Shown: positions 1 to 12,000 of the stretch, piece by piece
How the letters are laid out: each line of letters begins with the position of its first letter
Position numbering within the stretch: the stretch's first letter is position 1
Origin: Lama guanicoe
Lineage: Eukaryota
DNA length: 64,000 nt
Assembly: GCA_013239625.1 (NCBI GenBank)
Contig: MU055753.1
Location: 3,830,153-3,894,152 of the forward strand
Reading direction: 5' to 3'
The notes under the pieces: model-generated
Seen by the model: the letters and a program-made list of their open reading frames with translations, nothing else
What the model was told of the DNA's origin: nothing
Databases searched by the model: none
Made by a program: the position numbers and the translations under genes

Positions 1-56
1 TCTGGGCTCCACCCTGAGCACGCACTCCCAGGCCCAGGTACCCCTGCCCTCTATAC

Positions 57-3000
57 CTGGCTTAACACCTGGAACTGGATCAGCAGCTCCATGCTGGCCA
101 AGGACCACACCCTCACGCTCCCGTCATCACTGCACGTGGCGCAATGGGACTCGCTGGGGCTGAAGACCACCTCGTTCACCTGCAGGAAGCCAGTGTTTTG
201 TTTGAGGCCACACAGCCATCAGGCAGAGAGGGGACACAGTGTGGCCAGGTTGTTCACCAGGGCATTGATCTCCCCCTCAAGTCTGCCTGGCCCCAACCCC
301 TCCATGTGACATGAAGAAACTGTCCCAAGTGTCCCCAGATTAGACCAGAAGGGAGTCCAAATTACAAGAAGCCCACTGGTCATTGAACATGACTGTCTAC
401 TTGCTAGGACACAGAAGGAACTGTCCTGACAGAATCTAAAACACAGTGATCCCAGAGGGCTACAGACTGAAGCAAAGGAGAGGGGCTCATCACAGCGGGA
501 GGGGGTGGGGGGAAGGGGGCTGAGACTGTCTCGTGCGTGCACATGTGCACGGATATACGCACTGTGTCTATCAAAGGAAAATCAGGATCTTCAGTGTAAG
601 AAAAAGAATACAGACACCAGGCACCATGGGACGAAATAAAACAGCCTAATGCTGAATTTGAATTTCAAGTGTAAGTATGAACTTATGCATTTCATCCTAA
701 AGAATAATGATTTAGCTCTGTTTGGCTGAGAAGAGATGGGACCCTCTGGGCCTCAGACTGTGACCTCTAAGTTCAATTCCCATTGGCAAGGCCATGGGCT
801 CTGGGACAGCCAAGTCTGGTCCTGGGTGGAGCTGCAGGGGGACAGCCTGGAGCACCTGTGGTCCACAGGAGAGGGAGGTCACCAGTGACCATCAGCTCAG
901 GTCAAGGACTAACTAACCCCTGAGCTCACCCTAGTGGGTAGATAAACACATGTCCTATCTGTACCGCAGAAGCGTATTTAGCAATAAAAAGGAGTAAAGC
1001 AGTGACACTACAACTCGGGTGGACCTTGAAAACATGATGCCCCAGTGAGAAAAGCCAGACAGGAGTGTGTGTTTCTGTCCACATGAGCCATCAGAATAGG
1101 CAAACCCACAGACACAGGGTCAGCTAGTGCCTGCCAGGGGCTGGGGTGCTAAATGGGGGTGAGTATTTAATGGGTATGGTATTTCCTTCTGGAATGGAAG
1201 TGACTGGGACAAGGGTTGTATGGTTCTGTGAACGTTTCAAAAACCACTAACTTTAAACAGGTGAGTGTGTGGCACATAAATTATACTTCAATATAAAGCT
1301 GTTACCAAAAAAAGGGAAAAGCACATAATTGTCACCACTTCAGGTGGGAGTTCCTTTGATGGTTACTTTTATGTCCAAACAAACACAGACTCTTGGGAAA
1401 GAAGTCTCTGGGGCCAACTTGAAGAACCCGCCACTGGCCGAGGTCAGGACTCCACGAGCACTAAGAGAAGTAACAGCAGGGAAGCCGGACCCACGTTCCC
1501 ACCCACCAGCCCCTAAAGACACTTGGAGAGTAATGGCTGCTGTTGGCAGATGCTGGGGACCTGGTCCACAAGGACAGACTTGTCCACCTGTGCCCCTTCC
1601 AAGCCTCAGGAAACCCATGAGCTCGCGAGGCCGCATCCCTCCTGAAGGAACGACAGCTCTGACTACTGCCCCCTAAAACCCCCGCCCTCAGACAAGGGCA
1701 TCACCAAGAGGCACGAGCCCTCCGTGCTTCCTCGTGGGATGCACAGTGTTCCCAGGAGGAGGTGATGTTGGGACTGACCAGTGTTAACCAGACCCTGGCC
1801 TGGCCTCCAGACCTCTTGGACGCCAGAGAAGCAGGTCCAACAATGGTCATGGAGACTCCAGGGCAGATGACCTGATTTTTTTCCACAAGTAAATTACAAA
1901 GGAAAAGAAGTGGCAGAAAAGAGGGAAGACTGAGAAGACCACAAGGCTCAGGGCTGTGAGTGGACACAGCATGGACCCCGTGCCCACAGGTGTGTGCAGT
2001 CCTCATCCAGGAACTCCTGGGACTTCCCAACTGGGCGTGGGCACGGAGTACCTGGGGGGGGAATAGAGGGCTGGCTGCCTTGCCTGCACCAGGGGGAAGC
2101 CCCTTGGAGGCTTCTGCAACCTTACCTGGCTCCTGTGGCCACTGATGAGGCGGGTGCTGGTGCCCTCGGCCCAGCTGACGTACCAGAGAGTGCCAGCCGT
2201 GGTGCCCACCACACCCATATCCATGCTGTCGTGGAAGACCGCGCTCACGACAGCCCCATCAAGGGTCAGCTCATGCTCCATGAACACAGAGTGAGACCTA
2301 GTGGGGCAGTGGGTCAAAGGGGTGGCAGTAGTGAGAGCTCAGGGAGCCAAATGGTTTGGCCCCTGGGCCCTGGCCTTGCCTGAGCATGTCCCACTGGGGA
2401 CAGGCCCAGCTGGTGGCAAGGAGCTGGCTCACCTGGCACCGGAGCCCTTGCACCTCAGCTCTGGCACAGCCCCCACGGCCCACAGGCGCAGACGCCTGGT
2501 GTTGCTGCCGCTGACCAGCCGCGTACCTGAGCACAGCAGCACTCCTAGGGGCAGGAGGTGGTATGAGCCCTGTCTCCAGGTACCTAGAACCCAACATGGG
2601 GTCCCAGGGAGAGCAGAACCCCGAGCTATCAAGGGCCACAGGGGTTCCATGAGATACCCACCAATCTCACCGTCGTCGGCCTCCCAGACCAGGAAGCAGC
2701 GGCCAGCACGTGTGTCCCAAACGCACACCTGCCCAGCATTGGAGCCGCAGTACAGCAGGGGCGCAGGCCCGAAGCAGAGCGAGGTCAGCTCGCACGCCCC
2801 CACCTCCTCCGGGATGGGCTCCTGGTGGATCTGGAGGGACATGAGGGCAGCGTGGGTCAACGATGCCCTAGGGCCCAGCCTGAGCCCATCTTCCAAAACC
2901 TCCTCTGAACCTAGGCACCTGGAGGCTGACGTCAGCCCCAAGCTGCAGCAGGAGCCACAAGGTGACAGCACCCCGGCCCACACAGGCGAGCACACCACCA

Positions 3001-6000
3001 TCCCAGGGGTCGAAGGCCACGCCATGGACTGGCTCCGGGAGGCACACAGAGGTCATGAGCTCACAGGTGGCTGTGCTCCACAGGGCCAGGGTGCGGTCAC
3101 CATAGTCCCCTGGGGGAGATGCACAGAGTCAGCTACCCAGAGGTCCCAGTATAGGCAGGGGAGTCCGGAGGCCAGTGCCCCCCACCAACCTCCCTGCTGA
3201 CCCAGTGTGACAAGAAACCCGTCATCTGGCGAGAAAGCCAGGGCTTGGACAGCAGTGCTGTGGTGAGAGATGAGCTGCCGGCAGGAGCCCCCTTGTACGT
3301 CCCAGAGGCGGATCTGGCAGTGCAAGGCAGTACTGCTCTGGACGGAGGCAGAGGCCAGGATCTGGAAGACAAAACAGCAGGTGGTGAGCAGAGAGGGGGC
3401 GAGCCACGGGCCCACCCTTGCTCTGGGTTAAGGGTGCCCCTCACAGCGCTCCAAAGGCGAGAACCAGAGGTGGTTCAAGGACCCAGCCTCTAAGGCGCAC
3501 CTTGGCCCGGGGCGTTCAGGGTGGGGAGCGGGGTGGGCACCTGAGCATAGTGGCTGAGGGCCAGTGTGGAGATCTCCTCGGGGTGGCCGACCCAGTGCCG
3601 CTGGGCACCAGAGTGCAGGTCCTCCACCACCACCAGGCTGCCGCACGTGTAGGCGAAGAAGCCTGAGAGCAGGTAGGCAGTGCCATCAGCTGTGGCTGCA
3701 GTGCACCCCCCTGCCCCCACCCCAGACTCCTGATCAGGGGAGGCAAGTGTGTGTGAGCTGAAGCACCCAGTGCCACCAGGAGAACATGCCCACTCTGGGA
3801 CCTGGCCTATAGGTGGTCGGAGCTGAGCCCCACCTTGCAGCTTCTGTGCTGCGGCCCCCACCTGTGTCTGGCCTCCAGACCATATTGGCCCGCCCGTTCC
3901 CATTGTAGCCCACGACAGCCTTCAGGTGCAGCCGCTCATCGCCAGTGGGGGATAAGGAGAGACCCTGTGAGGAAGTGGACCCAGGACACTGGTACCCCAG
4001 CACAGCCTGGCCACCCAACCCCTACCATCTCAGGCTCTGCCTGTCAGGCCGGGGCCTGGGATGGAGCCTTGGGAGGTATGTGCTCCCAGGAGGAGGCAAA
4101 CAGAGGATTTTGGGCACCAAAGACAGTATAAGGTGGCCAGCCGGGGATGGGAGCTGGGTATGCAGACACAGAAGCAGATGGAGATGTGGGAGGCACCCGG
4201 GGCAGGGGGAGGCTGGGCAGGGACTGCAGGACCCAGGGGCTCTTAGGGAAGGTGACCTGGGCTGGGCAGGGCACAGGGGAGGATGCAGAAGAGGAGGTAG
4301 GAGGGAGTCAGGATGGTGGGTTGGAGAGGGTGGGCTCAGCTAGGACATTGCCTGGATCTAGACGGCAAGACAGCAAGAGCCTTAACTAGCCTAGCAAGAG
4401 CACAGGGCTCAGGGCAGAGAGGTGACCCGTGTTGTGACTTGGAGCAACCCCAGCGAAACCCCATGGCATCTGTTTTTACTGGGGAGAAAGAGAATCCCCA
4501 GAAACTACAGGGCTGTGCTGCCCTGACCCCTGGGCCTCTGGGGGCTGTGAGGACCCCTCCAGCTGTGGCCAACCTTGGCCAGCGGGGAGGCCTTGTAGCG
4601 CGCCATGAAGTGCTTGTAGGAGTCTGGGCGGGTGGTGGACTGGACCCTGGCTCTCCTGGTGCTGCAGGTAGCTGTTAGGGAGGGAGAGAGGCCACAAAAT
4701 GTTATCAAACCACCTGTAACCAAACAGTGACTTGTCCCTGCAATCACTTTACCCTGGCTGGCGAGATGCCTGGGGTCAGAGGGCACAGTGATCCATGTCC
4801 CACCGTCCACCTAGCCCAATAGGGCTGCAGGCTCTACATCTGCCCTGTAGGTGAGCATGCCTTATCTCATAGAGCAAACCCCAGGCTGTCAGGGGCACTG
4901 CCCATTCTGAAACCATCTGAAGTCCACGGGGCACATGCACCTGGCCCCTGATCCAGTTATAAATGAACTTGCCCCACCCTGCTGCACCTCCCCTGCTTAC
5001 TGGGCCACCCATGGGAGTGGAAAGGCCTGCTGAGGTCCCAGGGGCCCCCTGTAAACCCTCAAGCCCCATCACCGGCCCTGCCAGCCTCCTTCTGCATAAG
5101 CACAGGTAGGCCTGAGGCCTGGCGGAGCTGCTCCAGGCCATGGCTCTTATCTGACATGGAGAAAGTGCCTGGGGAGGTAGAGGAGACAATGAGATGAGAG
5201 AACAGAGCCCCTCCCACCCCTCCCCTAGGTCTGAAGCAGCAAGGCGGTCAGGATGGGAGCTGGATGCCCATGCCCCCCAAAGCCCTCTCAGAATCCCTGC
5301 CCTCACCATCAAGGCCCTTGGAGGGCCTGGCACAGATGCCCAGCTGGGGTGGGGATGCCAAGGATGGCACAGGCACCTGCTGCCGGGGGAGCCCACTGGC
5401 CCCAGATACCACGTCCTCCAGCTGTCTTGCCCCGAGGCCTGAGGATGGAAGGAACCAAGCTGTGCTTAGGGCCTAAAGAGATCATAGCATGTGGCAGGAG
5501 GCATGCCTGGCCCCTCACCCCCACCAGCCCCAGGAAAAGAACAGTGCTCGGCCACCCACAGCAGCTACAGTGCTAGCACTAGATGTCACCACAGAGTCTG
5601 CCAGTGTGGTGGGACCACTCACTAGCCTTGCACGTTGGAGGGGCCTTGAGCGAGCCTTGAACGCTGCAGAGGCAACAAGAGAGGGTGTCAGGAGAGGAGG
5701 GCACAGCAGGAGGCCTGGTAGATGCAGGTCAAGGGCAGGTACTTGCCTTCCTAGGGGGGACCTCTCAGTGGGGGCCAAAATGTCCCAGAGAAAGATGGCG
5801 TCTCCCACACTGAGGAGCTCCTGCTGGTCAGGGGTGAAGGCCATGGCCTGCACAGGCTCTGAGTGGCCGATGTATACCTGGGGGCAGCAGTATCACATAC
5901 AGAGAGACCCCTGAGGCACAGCTGGGGACCCCACCGTCCTCCCAGCACCCAGGCCTGACAGAGAGTCTGGGGACCAACCAAGAGGCCCTCATGCAATGTC

Positions 6001-9000
6001 AGGCCCCAGCAGGCACAGGGGGAACCTGGGGGACTATCCTCCACCCTCCTTCCCACCCCCACCTTGCCATGCATCCGCCCAGGGCACACACCTGGCAGCT
6101 AGGGCTGGCCTGTGCCAAGTAGTCCCACACCTTGATGGCCCGGTCAGCAGCTGTTAGCAGGAAGCGGCCATCCCCACTGAGAGCTAGGGAGGAGCAGGCC
6201 ACAGGGTGGACACAGCACAGCTGGGGGAGAAGATTAGAGCATATAGGACCACTAGACGGAGAAACCACTCTTCTCAGAGAATGCCACCTCTCAGGAGCAG
6301 CAGGTGGCCCAGGGCCCCCCTCCTCCAGGCACTGCAGGCACCAAGGCTGGACCCAGGAAGGATGGGGAGGCTAGGCTGCCAGCCACGGTCCTGGGCTCAC
6401 CTCCCGGACCACACGGCCCGACGAGGCGTCTAGCACTGCGACCATGTTTGATGACGTGGACACCAGCAGGTGGCCAGGGGGTGTGGGGCCGAAGCAGACA
6501 ACCATGGCTGAGTTCAGGCGGCTGCCAGCCAGGTCCAGGGCGCTGACATCAATCTTCAGCAGCTGAGGGAGAGCAGCGAGTGTCTCTGCCATGACCTCTG
6601 GGGAGAGCTTGAGCCCCCAGAGCCAAGGCCTGGGCTGTGGGCAGCCTTGGTCACCCATCCGGCACCCCACCCTGCCTGGCCCACCCATAGCTCATGCATC
6701 CTTTGTGCCCATGACGGGGGCAGGGCCAAGGTCCTCTTTGAAGTAAGCGTGGCCTCCCACTTTTGCCCTCACCATCCACCCTGGTGGATCCCAGGGGAGC
6801 CATGCAGCAACCAGTCTCAGGGGTACCCACTGGGTCTGTGGGCCAGGCTGGTGTGGCCCCATCCACACTGGACACACCTCATCCAGTGAAGCTGTGCCCA
6901 TGACAGTCACCATGTACTTGGAGGGACCCACGAAGGCCAGCAGGCGGCTGTCCCCACTGACCGCCAGGGCACTGGGGCTCGGGCAGGCGTCCAGGCACAC
7001 CACATTAGCTGCTGGCAGCACAAGGGGAGGCAGTCAGCTGGGCAGGCAGTGGGCACCACTGGCCAGGGACCTGCGACCTGCCCCCTCCCTCAACTACAGG
7101 TACCACCAGCCTGGGCTGGACAGATCCCGCAGCAGCCAGTGCATGGGGCCTGGATGTGAAGGCACCAAGACTTCAGTGGGCACTGCATACTGCCAGGATA
7201 GCTAGTAGTTCTCCTGGAGTGACCACCAAGTGACAGCCTGGCTAGCTAGAGTTACAGTGGCCATGGGAAAAAGCAGATGTCCTCAGGTGGGCCAACCCCT
7301 ACTGCTGCTTATCTCCTCCTGGGGCAGGGTGGGCACAAACCCTCACTGACTTAATTTTGGGGGATTGGTGAGTCCTTAAACCATCTGCCCCAGCAGTCTG
7401 GATAGTGAGGCTATGGAATGCAGTTTACCACTGTCAGCGGGTGCCAGACGAGCCCCACCCCTATGGGGACCTGACCAGGGGATGGCTGGGAGACCAGGGT
7501 GGGACAGGGTGTGGAGGCCTGACCTGCCATACGCAGGATTCGGCACCAGGGGCCACCGATGTGGTACTGTGCCAGCGTGCCCTGAGAGCAGGAGCTGAAC
7601 AGGAAGCTGCCGTCAGGGCTGGTGACCAGGCCGGTGATGGCTCCTTGGTGACATCTGTACCACACACAATGCCCTCCACTGTGGCCCTGAGCTGTATCAT
7701 CTCAGACCTCCCACAGTTCGTCTGGCTGAGTCCCCAAGGAGCAGCAGAAGGCAGGGCTTCCTGGAGAAGGACAGTCCTCCCCAGCCCTACCTGGATGCCC
7801 ACACACCCCAGGGAAACCCACACACCACCCCAGCTTCCACCATGGGTATCTGTGGGGCCAGGGACCAGCCAGGCACTCACCTATGCTCCACCAGGACCTC
7901 AGCAGCCTCCAGGCTGAAGGAGCGGACAGCCCCACTACTGAAGCCACAGAATAAGGTCGGCTGTGTGGGGTGGAAGGCGATGGCACACGGGGCCTCCTCC
8001 CGTGACGTGAAGTCGTACAACTAGAGGGTGGGGCCACGTGAGGACAGATAGGGTAGGAAGACCAGCTAGCCACAAGGCCTGAGAGTTAGTCTTTCTCCCA
8101 GTAGCCTGAACCTTCACTCCCCAACACAGGCAGGACCCTGGGCCCCACCCACCAGGCCTCAGCTTAGTCTCACGTGGACTGTGGCCCTCTAGTCCCTCCC
8201 TCCTGGCCAACTCCCCTCCCATCACACCCTACCTGCTGCAGGGTCGCCAGATCCCAGATGCGGACAGTGTGGTCCTGGGACACAGTGGCCAGCTGTCCCC
8301 GGCTGCAGTCAGTGGCCAGGGCCACCACCAGGGCAGCATGGGACCGTACCAGCACACTGTACTCCTGGGAATGGACATCTAGGAAGCCCAGGTGGCCCAA
8401 GGAAGTGGCGGACAGCACACGCAGGCCATTAGGGCTGACGAGGACGGAGCTGATGGGGCCCTCATGCTCTGTGGGCAGGATGGGCCAGTGACCACCCAGG
8501 CCTGAAGTGGGGTGGGCTTGGCACCGGGGCCAACTTGGGCAGGCTAACCACATCCAGGCTGCACCCCTTCCCAGGACACAGACGAACCTGTTTTCCTGCT
8601 GTCTGGAGCCCTGTCTCCCTGTGGGTTGGGACAGGCAGCTCCCCCATGACCACCCACTCCTAGGCTCAGCAACAGTGGACCCCAGGCTCAGGATGTGGCC
8701 CCTTTGAGCCCCACATATTGCCATCCAGCCCAGAGACACTGCCCTCCTATGGCAACCCAGGTGGCAATGTGTTACCACAGCCCCACCTGCCTCCAAGAGC
8801 ACAGAAGAGAAGTCCAGGGGCCAGAGGCGCAGGTAGCCATCCTCGGAGCCCACGGCACACATGGCCTGGGAGACACTGAGGCTGGTAATGGCGATGCCAG
8901 GGCCTGGGGTGTGGGGATGCAGGGTCAGCCCAAAGCATCAGGGCTGTTCCCCCAAACACAGTGGGGCCCACCTACCTGAACTGAAGGTTTGCTTCTGTGG

Positions 9001-12000
9001 AAGGGGGCCACCAGGGGTCTGCATGGGCAGGAGGCGGTGAGCATGCCGCACGGCCATGTGCTGGTGGTCAATCTCTAGGATGTGGCCACTGCGGCTACAC
9101 ACATAGCTGTTTGGAGAGGTAACAGGTGAGAGCTAACAAGGCAGGAAGGAGCAGGACCCCACCTGGCTGGTTAGGGGAGGGAGGGCAGTGCTCACAGTGT
9201 GTGGCCATCCTGGGCCTGCTTAAAGGCCAGGTCAGTGAACTCCAGTGCGTGGTGCTCCCCCAGGTCCACAGGGCAGGAACGCAGCTCCCCGCCTCGCAGC
9301 CGCCACAGCCGCACACTGCCCCGGCCGCACGATGCCATCCTGCAAGGGGTGAGAGGGTGAGTCAGGTAGAAGGGGAGGGCTCATGACTTGGCCCATCCCA
9401 GCACCAAGGGTAGGCAGGTGGGCAGCTGGTCACCTGGTTTCATCAAAAAAGGCAACCTCAAATGCCTGGATGTCAACATCGGTGTGTGCCTTCGCGAGAA
9501 TGACAGCCTCTCCACCTCGCCCCACCTGGTCTGTGGCCCACGCCACCACCATCTGCAACAGGCCCACGTTGAGCACCCACTCACTTGTCCGCCTCCCTGT
9601 CTGGCCTCTCCCTACAAAGCTGGCCCGAGCCTTCAAGGAGCAGGGTGTAAGGAAGTCAGCCCCCACAGCCTGGAGGAACTTTACATGTGCCCACCCCAGG
9701 CTCCCACAGACACATCTGCAGAAACGAGAAGAAGATGCCAACCACAAGTAGAAGAGAAGCCCTGGGTGAGACACCCAACTTCAGAGAAGCTGACACATAT
9801 AACATGGCTGTCTCAGGCCTGCAGAACCAGCCACCAAAGAGGGTGAGGTGAGTCATTAAAAGGTTCGCTCCGTCCAGGAGGGAATAAAAACCGAGAAACT
9901 CCAAAGGATGTGTGGGGCAGGGGTGCCCAGTGGGGCTGGGGGAGGTCAGCGGGGGATGCTTGTTCCCTAAGCAGTTTGGACTCAGCTTGTACCCTGGAAC
10001 AGGCGGCTCCACCTCCCTGGCCCAGCCCCAGTACCGTCCGCCCATGGCGGTCCTTGCCGATGCCACAGAGCTGCGCCCCGCTGTCCGAGAAGCTGCAGAC
10101 ACAGAGGAGGTGGTCAGTGTTGTTGGGGCCGGCCCCCACCCGCCTTGGAGGCCCTGCACCCACCTGAGGGAGGAGATGGTGAGGACTGGGCTCTGGAACA
10201 GGGACAGGCACTCCCCAGTCTGGAAGTCCCAAAGGCGCAGCATGCTGGCGGGCCGCGCCTGGGCTGAGGCCAGCAGTAAGCTGCTCCCATCCAGGGCCAG
10301 GGCAGAGACCTGGCGAGGCAGCAGGTTTGGGGAGGGCACATGCCTGCAGATGCTAGCCACCCTTGGGCTGGGGCGGGTGGGAGGTGTGCCCACCTTGTCT
10401 GTGTGGCCAAGGAAGAGACGCTGCTCCCGGGTGTTGACATGCAGGATGACAATGACCGCATGGCAAGGGTACACGACAGCAGCCCCATCCCGGGTCCACA
10501 GGGCCTGCATACATAGGCCAGAGGCTGAGGTCACAGGCTGGCTGGCCTCATCCCCCTACCTCTGCATTCCTCCAAGTCATACACACAGGAGTCAACGGGA
10601 TGCACACGTGTGTGCACGTTTAGAGCTTCCTCTTAGCCCTGTTTGCAACATGAGAAATTTTGGGGTGCAGGTAACAAAAGGCCAGAGAGCCTACAAAGAC
10701 TGAAAGCCCACATCCAGGAGGGCCTGCTGCCCCCGCAGGGACCTGCAAGTCTCACCCACACCTGAGCCCACATGGCTGGTCTGGATCCTGGCTGGATAAC
10801 ACGCACCAAAGCTTGAAAGGACGTACGAGAGCTCTCAGGTCTCTGGAAGCTCAAGCATTTGGACCAGCACTGACTCAGTGTTTACAACACAAGGGAACAG
10901 ATGCCTGCAACTGGAAGTCATCACACTGAGGAAGCACTGAGCATGTACAGATCTGGGCAGGGATGGGCGTCCACAGCAATGAAGGGAGCCAACACCTGGG
11001 GGAACTCAGACGTCCAGTGGGGGTCTTCCCACTGCCCCTCTGCATGTCTGACACTTGTAGGACCCAACAGGAGCACGGGACCCCTCACCCATTTGGTGCT
11101 GTAACCTCCAAAGCCGATGACCCCCTTGAGCCTCAGAACTGGATCTGGCAGGAAGCTCTGAAAGAGGTAAACTCACAGTTAGACCCCATGTAGCAAGACC
11201 CCTGTCTCACCAAGGCTGCTCCACCCAGAGCTGCTTCCTCCCTCCCAAGAAAGCCACTAGGTCCTGGTGGCATCTGCCAGCTGCTCTGTGGCAGGAAGCC
11301 AAGATGCCAGCCACAGTGCCAGACCCTCTAGTACCCAGGGTCCTGCCCCAGCCTAGAGCCTGAGATGCCCCCCACAGACCACCTCCTTACTCTTTGTTGA
11401 AAGCGATTCTTGCCCACAGCCACCTCTTGTTGGTTCTGCTTTCTGCCAAGAAACTGAATGAGAAGCAACTGTCACAAGGAACTATCTGGCCCACGCATAT
11501 TCTGGGTACGCTAGGGCCCAGCAGCTCACTATCCATACATCATCAAATCCCCACCCCCTTGAAGGCACAGCCCAGCCCCCACCTTCCTTAGGACAGGCAC
11601 CTCACCTCTTGTGAGGTTGTATGTTCTGGGGCTGCAGGCTCCACAGCAGGCTTATGAGCAGATATGTGAACACTGTCGCCAGCTGCATGTTTGTCAACCC
11701 AGGGGAAGGGCTCTTGGCAATGGCCACTAGGGCCACCCACACTGGAGACCACTGAGCACTCACAGGACAGGGTGACTTCTGGAAGGGGTCTGGGTGCCGA
11801 AGGGGCCCAGCGGGACTGCAGAGAGAAAGGTGCCTGTCAGCACCCTGGGGGCATCACCCCTTGCCACATCTCCCAAGGCAAAGGGTACTCACGGCTGTAG
11901 GGCCAAGCTTCTGGACCTTGAAGGACACACTGTCCTGTACTTGCTTGCTGAAGGCCACCGGATGAGGAAGAAGCTGCGGCACATGCCCCGGTAAGACTAC

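Noticed and set aside
4672-4810. In-frame extension upstream of WDR90 exon 4574-4671 as a separate exon
   Set aside because: The acceptor near 4770 has the wrong phase and the remaining intron would be only about 40 nt.
2301-10703. Long plus-strand ORFs (e.g. 2301-3200, 9912-10703) and minus ORFs reading through WDR90 introns
   Set aside because: Antisense shadows or exon-plus-intron read-through, explained by the spliced WDR90 model.
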